A stretch of DNA of 64,000 nt from Eledone cirrhosa (lineage: Eukaryota), in assembly GCA_964016885.1 (NCBI GenBank), contig OZ024749.1, positions 22,320,001 to 22,384,000 on the forward strand, read 5' to 3'. Made by a program: the position numbers and the translations under genes. Below are positions 39,790-54,400 of the stretch, in pieces; the stretch's first letter is position 1; every line of letters starts with the position of its first letter. A model generated the notes under the pieces. It was given only the letters and a program-made list of their open reading frames with translations, was not told where the DNA came from and did not search any database.

Positions 39790-40872
39790 GAGAAGTGTTT
39801 AGACGGGATCCGTATTTGTTAATAAAGTGAGATTCCTTGCTGATGCGCTGGGTGTGGGTGAAATCATCTTTAAATTTGTAGAGGGGAAAGATCTGAAGTT
39901 GGGATGATTTTGGGCGGCACAGGTATCAATGTGTTCACTCAGTGGTATTTTCCTGTATTTCCGTATTTTAATTTGGGATCTATGGACAGTCATGCGTTGG
40001 CGGAGGCTGTTTTTGGTCTGGCCTATGTATTGTTCTCGACAACCTGAGCAAGTTAATACATATATTAGATTTTCTGATGCGCATGTGAAATTGTGTTTTA
40101 CTTTTGAAATAGAATTCCGAACCCTCTATTAGTTTGATGCATATGCCACAGTTGGGTCTATCGCATTTTTTTACTGTGGGTTTCGTTGTTGTGGCTGGCA
40201 GTACTTTAGCATGTGTTAGGATGTTTTTCATTGACTTAGATTGTCTTTTTCTGTTTATGATATCGTGTGTTCGTAGGATTTGGTTCATTCTATGGTCCTT
40301 TTTCAACACAGGGATGTTCTGGATGATGGTGTCAAAGGCCTCATTGTTGAGGGGGTTGTGTGTGGAGATGTATGGAGGAGCTTTTAGTTTCGGTTGATTT
40401 ACTTTAGGGTGTCTAAGGTCCTGGGTACTGAGTTTTGGGACACGTTGGATTCCATTGTCAATTAGTGATGCAGGGAAGTCCCTGCCTATGAGTGTGTCCT
40501 TTAGTTCTTGTAGCCGTAAGTAGCAGGTGTTTTTATTGGAGACTATAGTACAGATTCTCTTGGCTAAGTTGTAGGGAATATTAATTTTAACGTGTCTAGG
40601 GTGGCAAGAGTTGAAAGGAAGATATTGCTTGGAGTCTATGGGCTTGTGGTATATGTCTGTTTCTATTTTTTTGTTATGGATCTTAATGAGGATGTCGAGG
40701 AAGGGGAATTGTTGATGGCTGTATTCCGTCGTGAAGTTAATATTCGTGTTGAGCCCATTTATAAGGGTGTGAAATTCTTTAAGTTTCTCGATGTTTTCGT
40801 GCCAAAGAATGAAACAGTCATCTAGATATCGCTTCCAGTTCCTTTCTATGTGTAAGTGGAGAGTGTTTCCAA
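39790..40872 (-). mobile_element. Penelope-like element: RT C-terminus, thumb and GIY-YIG endonuclease, frameshifted
   Basis: WKRYLDDCF, FPFLDILI, YHKP..QYLPFNSCHP, C..PNCGIC; after a shift, IYVLTCSGCREQYIGQT..R...H. 5'-truncated at (TA)n. Confidence 0.9.
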
Positions 40873-40972
<100 letters not shown>

Positions 40973-41087
40973 TATGTGCGATCACGTCATGCGTCTGCCA
41001 GCAACTCGGCATGCAAGGAGAAAGGAAAGCGACACACATGTGCGCCCCGTAGCGCAGTAAGACCTAGGTGTATATATGAATAAATGC

Positions 41088-41362
41088 GTGGAGGCGCGTG
41101 GCCTAGTGGTGAGGGTGTTGGACTTATGATCAAAATGTCGTGGGTTCGACTCCTGAGTTGCTTGTTGTGTTCTTGAGCAAAACACTTCATTTCACGTTGC
41201 TCCGTTATACTGAAAATAAGTACCAGCTAGATAGCTGGGGGTTTAACCCTGCGATGGACAGACGTCCTGTCCAAGGGAGAGTCTTGTACTCTCAGTTGCT
41301 TCATACCATGAAATCGGGATAAGCACCGGCCAAATGAACCTTCTAGCTTAAGATAGACTTTA
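41088..41362 (+). mobile_element. tRNA-derived SINE family B, full length
   Basis: A box tggcctagtgg, B box ggttcgactcc, central tgttcttgagcaaaacactt and ccctgcgatggacagacgtcctgtcca. Confidence 0.85.
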
Positions 41363-41420
41363 GGCTTTAGATATATATATGTATATATATATAAATGTAT
41401 CTATATATATATATATATGA

Positions 41421-41494
<74 letters not shown>

Positions 41495-41498
<4 letters not shown>

Positions 41499-42382
41499 CG
41501 TTTCTGAATTTGTTTATCAAGATTCTTTATCTGAAAACGTGTGTTGAAACCGATATTGTTATACTTTGGGAGGGTCATGTTGCCAATAAGAAACACACGC
41601 ACCAGTTGTATCACTTCAATTTATTATAATAAATTTATAAATTTAGGAATTTATAAATTTCCGGTTGGTTGGTTGGTTCCACAACCAGATGGTTGTTTAT
41701 ATATTGTCAAAGTTTTTCCTCACACATTCTGTGCCCTCTTCAGTGACTGGGGATTCTTTTCTTTGTTTTTGTGCCTCTCCTTTGTTCTGTCCTACGCCAT
41801 CTTGTTTCTGTGTTGTGTGTTGTGTGCTCAGTCTGCGCATGCGCCACATCCGGGTGTCTGTGTGTGTTTATATTCGTTTATTTATTTGTTTATTTACATG
41901 TTACTGGTTGGTTGTTTGTTCTATGTGCGTGTGTGTTTTCATTTTGTCCTTAATTGTAAGTTGTGATGTTGCTGTTCCACTCATGTTTTCTATTTAATTT
42001 TGGTTGTAATTCTTTTATGTTTATTGCCTCTGTGATTTGTCTAAACATTGCGTCTTTTGTGTGTGTAGATTCTATTTTTATTTCTGTTCTCTAATTTACC
42101 CTTATGTTCTATTTTAGCATGTTGGTAGACTACAGATGATTCTTTACTATCTTGAAGGTCTCGCCAGTGTTCATTTATCCGTTCCCCTACACTACGAGCT
42201 GTCTCACCTATGTACACTATATTTTTATCTCTACATTGTCCTTCAGTACATCTTATGCTATATACTACATTTCTAGTTTTACAGTTAATATGGGGGCTTA
42301 ATTTACAGGTTACACATTTCTTATCTGAAGGATAAGAAATGTATAACCTGGCCCTCATGGCCCTCCCAAAGTATAACAATAC
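41495..42382 (-). mobile_element. 5'-truncated Penelope-like element: GIY-YIG fragment, 3' UTR and inverted terminal copy
   Basis: [24 protein letters not shown] (42041-42340); inverted copies at 41554-41579 and 42356-42380; degenerate HHR at 41706-41747 (GTCA-CTGAAGA..GAAA..TGAC). Confidence 0.85.
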
Positions 42383-42397
42383 ATATATATATATATG

Positions 42398-42520
<123 letters not shown>

Positions 42521-42544
42521 ATATATATATATGTATATCTATTC

Positions 42545-45112
42545 TATTCTATTCTAAGGCGTGTAAAATTCCCGAGATCCATGGACGAGTTCTCTCCAGC
42601 GGTCTCAGTCCCCCATTATCGCTGCCATATCCTGTGTCTCAAACAGACCAGTGTCTGTCCTTAGGGCATCAACATATGTTAACCTTGGTCTTCCGCTTCT
42701 AGTGTGTCCATGTAGGGGCTCCCAAATGAGCACTGAATGCAATGTCAACTGTGGATGTCGGTGAGTATGTCCAGCTAACCTCAGTCTCCTCTGTGTCACT
42801 TTTGAGCTGACTTTTGGGACGCTCCCATACAGCTCTGAGTTTTTCATCCTCAGTGTATACTGATTAATGTTCACAGCCATCCTCAGCATTCTCGTGTAGC
42901 ACCCATCCACCATCTGAGTGAGTTTATTGGTCAGTGTTCAAGTCTCAGACCCATACAGCAGCACAGACTCCACTACAGCAATGAAGAGGCGGATTTTCAG
43001 GTCTCTACGAAGGTCCAACTTCCACACCGATCTCAAGCTGTGGCACGCCGCCCAGGCCTTGCTCTTCCCCTCAACCACATCATCTTCCGTATTCCCAATC
43101 TTTGCTCCCAAATACAGGAAGCCCTCAACCAATTCTAGCGGCTTCCCGCCTACATTAGTGATCCCCTCTGGCTTCTCAACATTCTCTACCAGATATTTTG
43201 TTTTAGTCTCATTCATTCTCAGCCCCACACTCATCGACACAGTCTCAACCTCCCGCATCAAATCCTCTGCCTCCCTCACTGTATTTGTCACCAAAACTAT
43301 GTCGTCGGCAAATTCAGCATTCGATACTTTTTTCGCCCTAACTCTCCTGCTCTGAGCCGGTGCTACAGTAAAGCCAGAGTCCTGGTGTTTCTCCAGTGCA
43401 AGGCGCATACAATAGTCCACTACGATGATAAAAAGGTAGGGAGCCAATGTATCTCCCTGGAGCACTCCAGCTAGTATCTCAAAGAACTCTATCATCCCAT
43501 CAGGTGTAATGACTTGGGCTTTGGTGTTGGTGTAGAGCAGTGATATCAGATCCACTCTCTTCTTGGGGATTCCATAAGCCTGTAAGATCTTCATCAGGCA
43601 GTAACGGTCCACAGAATCAAAGGCCTTCCTAAAGTCAATGAAAACCATGACCGCGGGAAGGCACTTTGCTCTAGCTCCCTCTAATATCCTCCTCAGCATC
43701 AGGATGTGACTGGTGGTTGATCTAGCCTCTCTGAAGCCGTTCTGGTTGTCCCTGAGCTTCTTCTCCATCTCAGGCTGGATCCTGTTAAGAATTATCCTGT
43801 TGAGGGTCTTTGCCACAAGTGACGTCAGTGAGATCCCCCTGTAGTTGTTGGTGTTAGAGATCTCTCCCTTCTTTGACACTGGGACGATGTTACTGATCCT
43901 CCACTGATTCGGGGCAACTCCTTTCTCCAGTGCCCGATTACAGAACCCCAGGATGATATAATCAAAATCACACCTCTTCATCACCTCTGATGCCACTCCA
44001 TCTTCTCCATGAACCTTGCCGTCCTTGATCCACTTCTTGGCTCTCTGAAGCTCCTCTCTGGTGAAGGGCTCTGTCTCAACATCCAGTTCCTCAAACAGTC
44101 GCCTGATCTCCCCAGTGCTCTGGGCTGTGGAGGGTGGCCCTCCTAGTAGGGTCCTAAAATGGTCTAGCCATTTCCTCTTCCTATCCTCGGGCCCCGTTAC
44201 CTGGATCTGACTCGAACACCTTCTCTTCCTCCCTGTGATCTCGTTGATGATCATCCAGCTCTCCTTACATCCAGATCTGTCAACCGCTCTCTCCACACAG
44301 GATATTGTGTGCCTGAGTGGTGTTGACAGCTCTACACACCTCCTCATGGAACTCTTCCGCACTCACATCACTGTCCCCCTTGGTTGGACTATAGGCTGAG
44401 ATGACTGTCAGTCTTGGGTTTCCATTGAAGGTCACCATCAACACTCGCGGGGAGATAGGCATTATTTCCCTCACCAATAGATTGGTTTTTGCACTGAACA
44501 CAAAACCCACTCCTCCTACTGCAGCATTTGTTGTGTTCTTCACTGCCGATGTAGTGATGAGCTGGCTGTTCTTCCCGATCATCACACTCCTCACGGGCTC
44601 ATCGTGTAGGATCCTGTATTCTTGGATCGCAAGTTTCTGTATACCCCTCTCCTCGAACAGATGTCCCAACTCCTCTCTCTTCTCCAGCGTCCGAATAGTC
44701 CTCACATTCAAAGTGCCCATTTTGATGGCTCTTCTGTAGGACAAAACTGTATTCTTTATATTTGTCTCTGAGACAGCTGATCCATCATCCACTGGCCCTC
44801 TCTGTGGCTCTACGTCAGCAGAGTCATAACGACCAGGCTGCTCCTTGACAGTGTAATTAGGAGCTCTAACCCTAGTGCTGTTAGATCGACTCTCCATATT
44901 TCTTTTCAATGGCTGACAATACCTTACCGGCGCCACTCGAATAAGGTAGTTATTTAACCCATAAATGGAGCCCTAACAAGTACTACCACCCCGGGCCAGG
45001 GCAGACCTGGGAGTCATGACAACTAAGGGGTAACTCCACATTCCCCACAACTCCTGAACTCCCGAACTGGAGCCTTGCCACTGGTTGTAGTTTAATGTCA
45101 TACTCAGGACAA
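42545..45112 (-). mobile_element. RTE-clade LINE, internally deleted and disrupted
   Basis: APE N-terminal half (GTLNVRT, AIQE, GGVG, SAYSPT); RT (YRGISL, QNGFR, DFRKAFD, GVLQGD, EFADD); RRLRLAGH..GRPR; (AATAG)n tail. Confidence 0.92.
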
Positions 45113-45230
45113 TGTATATATATATTTATATATATATAAAACCAAAACTGAATACTAACCAACACTATTACTAATTTTTACTTATTCCTAATTACTGGGA
45201 ACAATTTGTCAGCATTTTCTTTTCCTTTTA

Positions 45231-45349
<119 letters not shown>

Positions 45350-45380
45350 GTATATATATATATATCTGTAAATATATATA

Positions 45381-45531
45381 CATTATTTCTGAAGACGGCA
45401 TATATGTGTGTTTGGTATGTATATTTAATCTTGATAGTTTGTATCATTTTGTATAATTTTGTACATAGATCTGTTGAATATGCATGCCAATTCTAACACA
45501 TATATATCCTAGAAACGATCGTTAAATAATG
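45381..45531 (+). ncRNA. Type I hammerhead ribozyme with a rod-like stem II of about 115 nt
   Basis: CATTATTT-CTGAAGA-long hairpin-GAAA-CGATCG-TT-AAATAATG. Perfect 8 bp stem I, palindrome AACGATCGTT. Confidence 0.85.
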
Positions 45532-45727
45532 AACTTTTTTTGTTTAATATAAGGAACTGTTTCATTGTTTTATTCATTATTTGTTTAATATTTTATCTTG
45601 ACTCTGTATTCCGTTTATCTTTCACCGAAAGTGATTTTTCATTACATCTCTTCTTTCCATGATATCCGGAATACATTGAGTTCTTCATACGGATTGGACA
45701 CTACCGTAAACTCTTGGTAGATTTATC

Positions 45728-45777
<50 letters not shown>

Positions 45778-45778
<1 letters not shown>

Positions 45779-46420
45779 CGGCGATGAATTAGTTTTTCGA
45801 GGTTTTTTTATATGAAATCGTGTGTCGAAACAAATATTGTTATACTTGGGGAGGGTCATATTTGTGTAATATTGCCAGAATTAATAACAGAATGGAATAA
45901 CAACAACACCCAAACAAACAACACTGACCTAAGAGAAGTATAAATAAGTAAATAAAATAAGATAAATAAATAAATAAATACATACACAAGCACAATAACA
46001 ACAAGCACATAAACACACACTAGTCACCCATCACACAGCAAACATAACACTATACACACACGCAAACGCATGCGCAAAGAAGACGAAATAAAATAAACAA
46101 ACAGGCAAATAAATAAATAAATATATAGACAGACTGAATAAAACTGGCGTAGACATACAATACAACAGGAGGAAAATATAACACCACTGACGATGTTCCA
46201 GATGTGCAACGAAAGATTTATGATAAACTATATATATGTGTTTATGTCTATATTGTATCTGTATTAGTTTTGACCGTCGGTCAGTCAATGGCAACATTGA
46301 GGACCGAGTAAGTTAGATTACCGATATAAAAGACAGCGAGAAGCGAAAACCAACCAAACAGTGAGTGTGTTCTGTTATTAATTCTGGCAATATTACACAA
46401 ATATGACCCTCCCCAAGTAT

Positions 46421-46428
<8 letters not shown>
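45778..46428 (+). mobile_element. PLE 3' end related to 41495-42382, with 59 bp inverted repeats and a degenerate HHR (46183-46224)
   Basis: Arms 45834-45892 and 46370-46428; CTGACGA-T-GTT..AAC-GAAA. Confidence 0.75.
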
Positions 46429-46518
<90 letters not shown>

Positions 46519-46519
<1 letters not shown>

Positions 46520-47340
46520 AAAAATTTACGAAATGGAAATGCGGGTATATAGAATTTATTAGGTAACAATTGTTTCTATAGTGTATGAGTTACCTATACC
46601 TCGCTACTTGAATAATACACAAATATTATCAAAAACCGAAAGTACACTGTAAGCCAACACACCATGTCATCAGACCTTTGTATTAGAATGATATGAAAAT
46701 ATTTTATACACTAGATAAAAGATAAAGAAGGAGGTAGGAAGAGAAGGGGAAGAGGGAAGTGAGTAAGGTGGAGGGAGTCTTAGGGTTTAAGACTGTCAGA
46801 TTTGTAGAGATTGTGAAGAGAGCATGTTTTGGCAGCAGTTAGCTTAATGAGGCATGCTAAGGTTGGCTGGGAAGTAGATTCTTCTAGTGGTGTTGTTCGG
46901 ACAAAATTTAGTTAGAGGGGTCAAAGTAGTACAGTGTCACAGACAAGTTATTAGGGCTATTATAGTAGCAGGTTATTTCTAAATGGGTCCAGAAAAACAG
47001 TGTTTAGTACTATTATTATCTTTTATCTAGTGTATAAAATATTTTCATATCATTCTAATACAAAGGTCTGATGACATGGTGTGTTGGCTTACAGTGTACT
47101 TTCGGTTTTTGATAATATTTGTGTATTATTCAAGTAGCGAGGTATAGATAACTCATACACTATAGAAACAATTGTTACCTAATAAATTCTATATACCCGC
47201 ATTTCCATTTCGTAAATTTTTTCTCCATATTTTCTCCGGATTTTAAAACACACTTTATTATACGTTGAGCAATCTCTGACGTCAGTTGACTCCATCCAAT
47301 GCAACTACTTAGTAACATTGGAATACAAATTAACTAATTC
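46519..47340. mobile_element. PLE-type end with about 207 bp near-perfect inverted arms, each holding a hammerhead
   Basis: Arms 46519-46725 and 47016-47222. HHR AGGT-CTGATGA-long stem II-GAAA-CAATTG-TT-ACCT at 47064-47180 (+) and 46561-46677 (-). Confidence 0.85.
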
Positions 47341-47503
47341 TATATATATATATATATAATAAGGGTTGACGGACCCAGCATATGTATCAATGCCAGTACC
47401 GGTTGTATCTCAGCGCACTCAATGGGCAATGCAAGATACATTAACAGAGTATACACAGTTATTTGGCTCAACACAACACACGTAAAGCGGGTGCCTATAA
47501 GGT

Positions 47504-47604
47504 CCCGGACTCGAGTTTGTGCCGCACTAATGCAGCAGTAAGGTGCACTGCACCATCTGTCTGCATATATTATGCAACAATGCACAATCGGCTTCATCAG
47601 CGGG
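47504..47604 (-). ncRNA. Type I hammerhead motif with G12 mutated
   Basis: CCCG-CTGATGA-A-GCCG..CGGC-A-CAAA-CTCGAG-TC-CGGG, with palindrome ACTCGAGT. Confidence 0.75.
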
Positions 47605-48619
47605 TATCGCCTAATCACTACCATATATATATATATATACACACACATATCTATGATAAACGATCGAGACTATTGGCACCGATACAACTTTCATTGCAGT
47701 AAAAATAACACATCACCACTGCATAACACACCACCACTACACCATTACACCACTACACCACTACACCACTATACCACTACCTACACACATCTGTTGCTGT
47801 TGGTGATGCTGGTAGTGGAGGTGGTGGTGTTGGTAGTGGAGGTTGTGGTGGTGGCATTGGAGGTGGTGGTGGTGGTACTGGAGGTGGTGGTGGTGGTACT
47901 GGAGGTGGTGGTGTCGGTATTGAGTGTGGCGGTGATGGTATTGGAGGTGGCGGTGGTGGTACTGGAGGTGGCGGTGGTGGTGTTGGAGGTGGCGGTGGTG
48001 GTACTGGAGGTGGTGGTCGTGGTGGTACTGGAGGTGGCGGTGTCAGTACTGGAGGTGGTGGTGGTGGTGGTACTGGAGGTGTTGGTGTCAGTACTGGAAG
48101 TGGTGTTGGTGTTTTTGCTACTGGAGGAGGTGGGGGGGCAGTGGTGTTGGTACTGATGGTGGAGGTGGTGGTGTTGTAGGTAAATACAATTTTGTCACTG
48201 ACATCGTTAATACAGATGAATAGAGTGTAATTAGATATAATTACGTTTATTTACATTGATTCCTGTGGTGGGGTGGGGTGGGGTGGAATATTGGTGGTGG
48301 GTGTGGTGGGGTGGGTATGAGGGGGATGTTTGGTGGTGGTGTGATGGTGTTTGGTAGGGGGGGTATTGGTGGTGTGGTGGGGTAGGAGGGAGTATTGGTA
48401 GTGGGGTGTTGGTGGGGCTGTTGTGGCGGTGTGGTGGTGGTGTGGTGGTGTGGTGGTGTAGTGGTGGGGCGGTCGTGTGGTGGTGGGGCGGTGGTGTGGT
48501 GGCGGTAGGGCTGTTAGTGATGGTAGTGATGGTCTAGGTGATGGTGGTGGTGGGGTAAGCAGCGTCTGTAGGGGACACATCATGCTCTATAGTACATATA
48601 ATAGTTATGGTAGTAGTTT

Positions 48620-49243
48620 GTAGGTGGTGGGGTGATGGTGACGGTGTTGGAGATGTTGATGGTCTTATACTAGTAGTGGTGGTGGTGGTGGTGGCGGTGG
48701 CTGTGGTGGTGGTGGTGACGGTGTTGGAGATGTCGATGGTGTTATACTAGTAGTGGTGGTGGTGGTGGTGGCGGTGGCTGTGGTGGTGGTGGTGACGGTG
48801 TTGGAGATGTCGATGGTGTTATACTAGTACTGGTGGTGGTGGTGGTGGCGGTGGCTGTGGTGGTGGTGGTGGCGGTGGTGACGGTGTTGGAGATGTCGAT
48901 GGTGTTATACTAGTAGTGGTGGTGGTGGTGGTGGCGGTGGCTGTGGTGGTGGTGGTGACGGTGTTGGAGATGTCGATGGTGTTATACTAGTACTGGTGGT
49001 GGTGGTGGTGGCGGTGGCTGTGGTGGTGGTGGTGGCGGTGGTGACGGTGTTGGAGATGTCGATGGTGTTATACTAGTAGTGGTGGTGGTGGTGGTGGCGG
49101 TGGCTGTGGTGGTGGTGGTGACGGTGTTGGAGATGTCGATGGTGTTATACTAGTACTGGTGGTGGTAGTGGTGGCGGTGGCTGTGGTGGTGGTGGTGGCG
49201 GTGGTGACGGTGTTGGAGATGTCGATGGTGTTATACTAGTAGT
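48620..49243. repeat. Minisatellite, about 54-66 bp unit
   Basis: Recurring ggtgacggtgttggagatgtcgatggtgttatactagtagtgg. Confidence 0.95.
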
Positions 49244-49437
49244 GGCGGTGGATTGGCAGTATCGGTAGAGGGTCAGACGCCATGTTTTGCAGCAAAGAGT
49301 TACGGCCCTTTATGGTCTGAGTTCAAATCCCGCCGAGGTTAACTTTGCCTTTCATCCTTACGGAGTCGATAAAATAAAGTACCAGTAATACACTGGTTAA
49401 TAATAGCTGGCCTTGTGCCAAAAGTAGAAACAGTTAT
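49243..49437 (+). mobile_element. SINE family A, full length
   Basis: ggcggtggattggcagtatcggtagag..gagttcaaatccc..gccaaaagtagaaac. Confidence 0.9.
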
Positions 49438-49444
49438 ACTCGTA

Positions 49445-50210
49445 GAAGTGGTGGTGGTGTAGCTGGTGGTGGTGTAGCTAGTAGTGGTGGTGTAGCTGGT
49501 GGTGGTGGTGGTGTAGCTAGTAGTGGTGGTGTAGCTGGTGGTGGTGTAGCTAGTAGTGGTGGTGTAGCTGGTGGTAGTGGTGGTGTAGCTAGTAGTGGTG
49601 GTGTAGCTGGTGGTGGTGTCGCTTGTAGTGGTGGTGTAGCTGGTGGTGGTGTAGCTGGTGGTGGTGTAGCTAGTAGTGGTGGTGTAGCTGGTGGTGGTGG
49701 TGGTGTAGCTAGTAGTGGTGGTGTAGCTGGTGGTGGTGTAGCTAGTAGTGGTGGTGTAGCTGGTGGTGGTGGTGGTGTAGCTAGTAGTGGTGGTGTAGCT
49801 GGTGGTAGTGGTGGTGTAGCTAGTAGTGGTGGTGTAGCTGGTGGGGGTGTAGCTAGTAGTGGCGGTGTAGCTGGTGGTGGTGTAGCTGGTGGTGGTGTCG
49901 CTTGTAGTGGTGGTGTAGCTGGTGGTGGTGTAGCTAGTAGTGGTGGTGTAGCTGGTGGTGGTGGGGGTGTAGCTAGTAGTGGTTGTGTAGCTGGTGGTGG
50001 TGTAGCTAGTAGTGGTGGTGTAGCTGGTGGTGGTGGGGGTGTAGCTAGTAGTGGTGGTGGTGTAGCTGGTGGTGGTGGTGTAGCTAGTAGTGGTGGTGTA
50101 GCTAGTAGTGGTGGGGGTGTAGCTAGTAGTGTTGGTGGTGTAGCTGGTGGTGGTGGTGGTATAGCTGGTGGTGGTGGTGGTATAGCTGGTGGTGGTGGTG
50201 GTGGTAGTGA
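49445..50210. repeat. gtagct(ggt/agt)n minisatellite
   Basis: Variable 15-21 bp units. Confidence 0.9.
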
Positions 50211-50500
50211 TGCTAGCTAACACACTCGTGTTTGTCATTGTTACTGTTGTTCTTCCTGTCGTTATGTTTGTTGCTAGAGTAGAATAGTTTGCGTAATTAA
50301 GAATCGACAGTTTTTCTCTCACTTGCCCCCTCTTTCTTTCACAAACACATACACAAACACAAAACAGACATTCGCACACATATATTCAAGCAAATACACA
50401 TATATTCACACAAACACATACATACATTCACACACACACATTCACAGATATACATTCACACTGATACACATACATTCACACAAGCAGACATACACACAAA

Positions 50501-50537
<37 letters not shown>

Positions 50538-50772
50538 ACACACACACACAAAGACACTCATACACACACATTTCGAAAACACTCTATAAAAAAAAAATCA
50601 AGATTTACACTAAACATATAAAAATGTCCGTGCATATTTGTATATACATTTGTGGCGTGTGCGTGTTTGTAAAGGTATATATATATATGTGTGTGTGTGT
50701 GTGTGCACCAAAATAAAAGTACACACATATATATGTTTATATATGCATTTATATATCTCCCTCTCTATATAT

Positions 50773-50826
<54 letters not shown>

Positions 50827-50981
50827 TATATATACACACACATAAAATATACTGTATATGTGTATATACATACTTATAAAACTCTTTCTCTATAACATTA
50901 TATAATATCATAAATAAATAAATCAATATATATATATATATATATTTGTGCTTATATATAGATCTATATTATTATATAACA

Positions 50982-51036
<55 letters not shown>

Positions 51037-51135
51037 CACATATACATTCTGATACACACATGTGAATCTACAGGCCTCACAATATGATCTGACTGTGTAA
51101 ATAGACGAAAGCACTAGTAGTTGTAATAAATAAAT

Positions 51136-51212
<77 letters not shown>

Positions 51213-51979
51213 AACAATATATAAAATATATATATAAACAATATATAATATATATAAACAATATGTAATATATATAATATATATAATATATAATATATAT
51301 ATATATATATAATATATAATATATATATATAAATGATAATATAAATAATATATATAATATATATATATAATATATATATATAAATGAAAGGAAATAAGTT
51401 AATAGCAAGTTGTAGTGTTGTACTATACCCGTCACCCCCACCCCACCCCCACCCCACCCCCACCCCACCCCCACCCACCCCCACCATCACTAGCACCACT
51501 AGCACCACTAGCAGCAGCGCCACCACCACCACCACCACCACCACCACCACAACCACCACCTAACCAACCACAAGCACCACCACCAGCAGCAGCGCCACCA
51601 CCACCACCAGCACCAGCACCACCACCACCAACAGCAATAACACCACTAACCTGCATCACCGCCACCTCCACCACCATGTCTAAACCTCTACCACCACCAC
51701 CACGACTAAACTCCAGCATTACTATCACCAGCACCTCCACCGCCACAACAGTCAACCATCATCACCACTAACATCACCAACACCACCAACAAAACAGTCA
51801 CCGCCATCATTTCAATCACCAACATCACTAAACCTACCACAAACACCACTACCATCACAACCACCATCACAACCACCACCAACACACAGAACCACCACAC
51901 TCACCACCTTTCCCTCCACCATCATCACAATCACCGACAGCACCAACATCACCATACCGACCTCCACAACCACAACCAC

Positions 51980-52940
51980 ACCCACCACAATCACCACCAC
52001 CACTACCACCTTCACCACCATCACCAACACCACAACCACCAACGGCCCCACCATACTATCTTCACCGCCACCATCACCAACACCACAATCACCACCGCCA
52101 CCACCACTACCACCTTCACCACCACCATCACCAACACCACAACCACCAACGGCCCCACCACTACTATCTTCACCGCCACCATCACCAACACTACAATCAC
52201 CACAGCCGCCACCACTACCACCTTCACCACCACCATCACCAACACCACAACCACCAACGGCCCCACCACTACTATCTTCACCGCCACCATCACCAACACC
52301 ACAATCACCACCGCCACCACCACTACCACCTTCACCACCACCATCACCAACACCACAACCACCAACGGCCCCACCACTACTATCTTCACCGCCACCATCA
52401 CCAACACTACAATCACCACAGCCGCCACCACTACCACCTTCACCACCACCATCACCAACACCACAACCACCAACGGCCCCACCACTACTATCTTCACCGC
52501 CACCATCACCAACACCAGAATCACCAACGCCGCCACCACTACCACCTTCACCGCCACCATCACCAACACCACAATCACCAACGCCGCCACGACTATTACC
52601 TTCACCACCACCATCACCAACACCACAACCACCAACGGCCCCACCACTACTAGCTTCACCGCCACCATCACCAACACCACAATCACCACCACCACCACTA
52701 CCACCTTCACCGCCACCATCACCAACACCACAATCACCACCACCACCACCACCACTACCACCTTCACCGCCACCATCACCAACACCACAATCACCACCAC
52801 CACCACCACTACCACCTTCACCGCCACCATCACCAACACCACAACCACCAACGCCGCCACCACTACCAGCTTCACCACCACCTTCACCAACACCACAACC
52901 ACCAACGCCGCCACCACTACCACCTTCACCCCCACCCCCC
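51980..52940. repeat. C/A-rich minisatellite, about 60/120 bp higher-order unit
   Basis: Recurring cttcaccgccaccatcaccaacaccacaa. Confidence 0.9.
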
Positions 52941-53673
52941 ACCAACATTACAATCACAACCACCACCACAGCCACTTAACCCCCCCCCCACCAAAGACAG
53001 CTATCCTCCCACTCCACCGACGTAAAAAAATAAATATGTAGTAAATTAATATAAATGAAGGGTGGAAGGAGGGAAAGTACGAGGGAAGGCAGGCGGGCGG
53101 AAGGAGGGATGATACGGGGAGGTAGGAGGTAGGAGGGAGGAGGAGGGAGGAAGGAGGTACGATGTACCATAGGTAAATGACAATAAGAGTTGTCGGGTAA
53201 ACAGAGGAAAATTTGCAACGTTGATTGCATAGTCAAAGCTACCATTGTAAGCAATATATATATACATAAAAACACACACATTTACATACACACACACACG
53301 CACACATACACACAGACGCACACACACACATATATATATAAATACATATATATATGTGTACATATATATATACATACATAAATACACACATTTATACATA
53401 CACACATACACACACACATATATATATTCATACATACATACATATATACATACATACAAACATATACATATATATGAGTAAATATATACATACATATATA
53501 TGTGTGTACGTGTGTGTGTGTATATATATATTTATATATATTTACATATATATATATATATGTATGTATAAGCATATATATATATGTATACATATATTTA
53601 TATGCTTATACATACATATATATATAAATATATATGTAAATATATATAAATATATATATATATATATACACAC

Positions 53674-53718
<45 letters not shown>

Positions 53719-53719
53719 T

Positions 53720-53761
<42 letters not shown>

Positions 53762-54141
53762 TCGGCTACGTATCTGTGTATTAGTTGAAAACTAATTAGA
53801 TATAACCGCCATAGTGATTGCCAGCATTGAACAGAGAAAAGACACTTTTTGTATTCTAAAGCATATTAGGGAGATACATCACGTGCTGTACACAGTTGTA
53901 CTGCAACATGTATGTGTGTGTGTGTGTATGCAGAGCAACATGTATGTGTATGTATTTGTATGTGTATATGGACGATGTGGTTGTGGTGGTGATGAGAAGA
54001 AGAATCTGAAAGGCGAAAAAAATTAAAATAGACAAAACAAGCTTAAATAAAATAAAATATAACTGACAGCATATACATACATACATACCTACACACACGC
54101 ACGCATACTTACACACTTATATATATACGTATATATATACA

Positions 54142-54290
<149 letters not shown>

Positions 54291-54344
54291 ATCTATATAT
54301 ATGTACACACATTTATATATATATATATGTCTGTTTGAGTGAGC

Positions 54345-54400
<56 letters not shown>

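Noticed and set aside
41533-41565. GAAACCGATATTGTT as a hammerhead 3' half
   Set aside because: It lies antisense to the PLE ORF and its UTR ribozyme, and has no upstream core.
49339-50379. 346 aa TTSY mucin-like ORF
   Set aside because: Minisatellite-derived; it starts in a (TG)n tract and ends inside an antisense SINE.
51812-52975. 387 aa Gly/Cys-rich ORF resembling a structural protein
   Set aside because: Triplet-based minisatellite open in several frames, with no signal peptide or unique coding flank.
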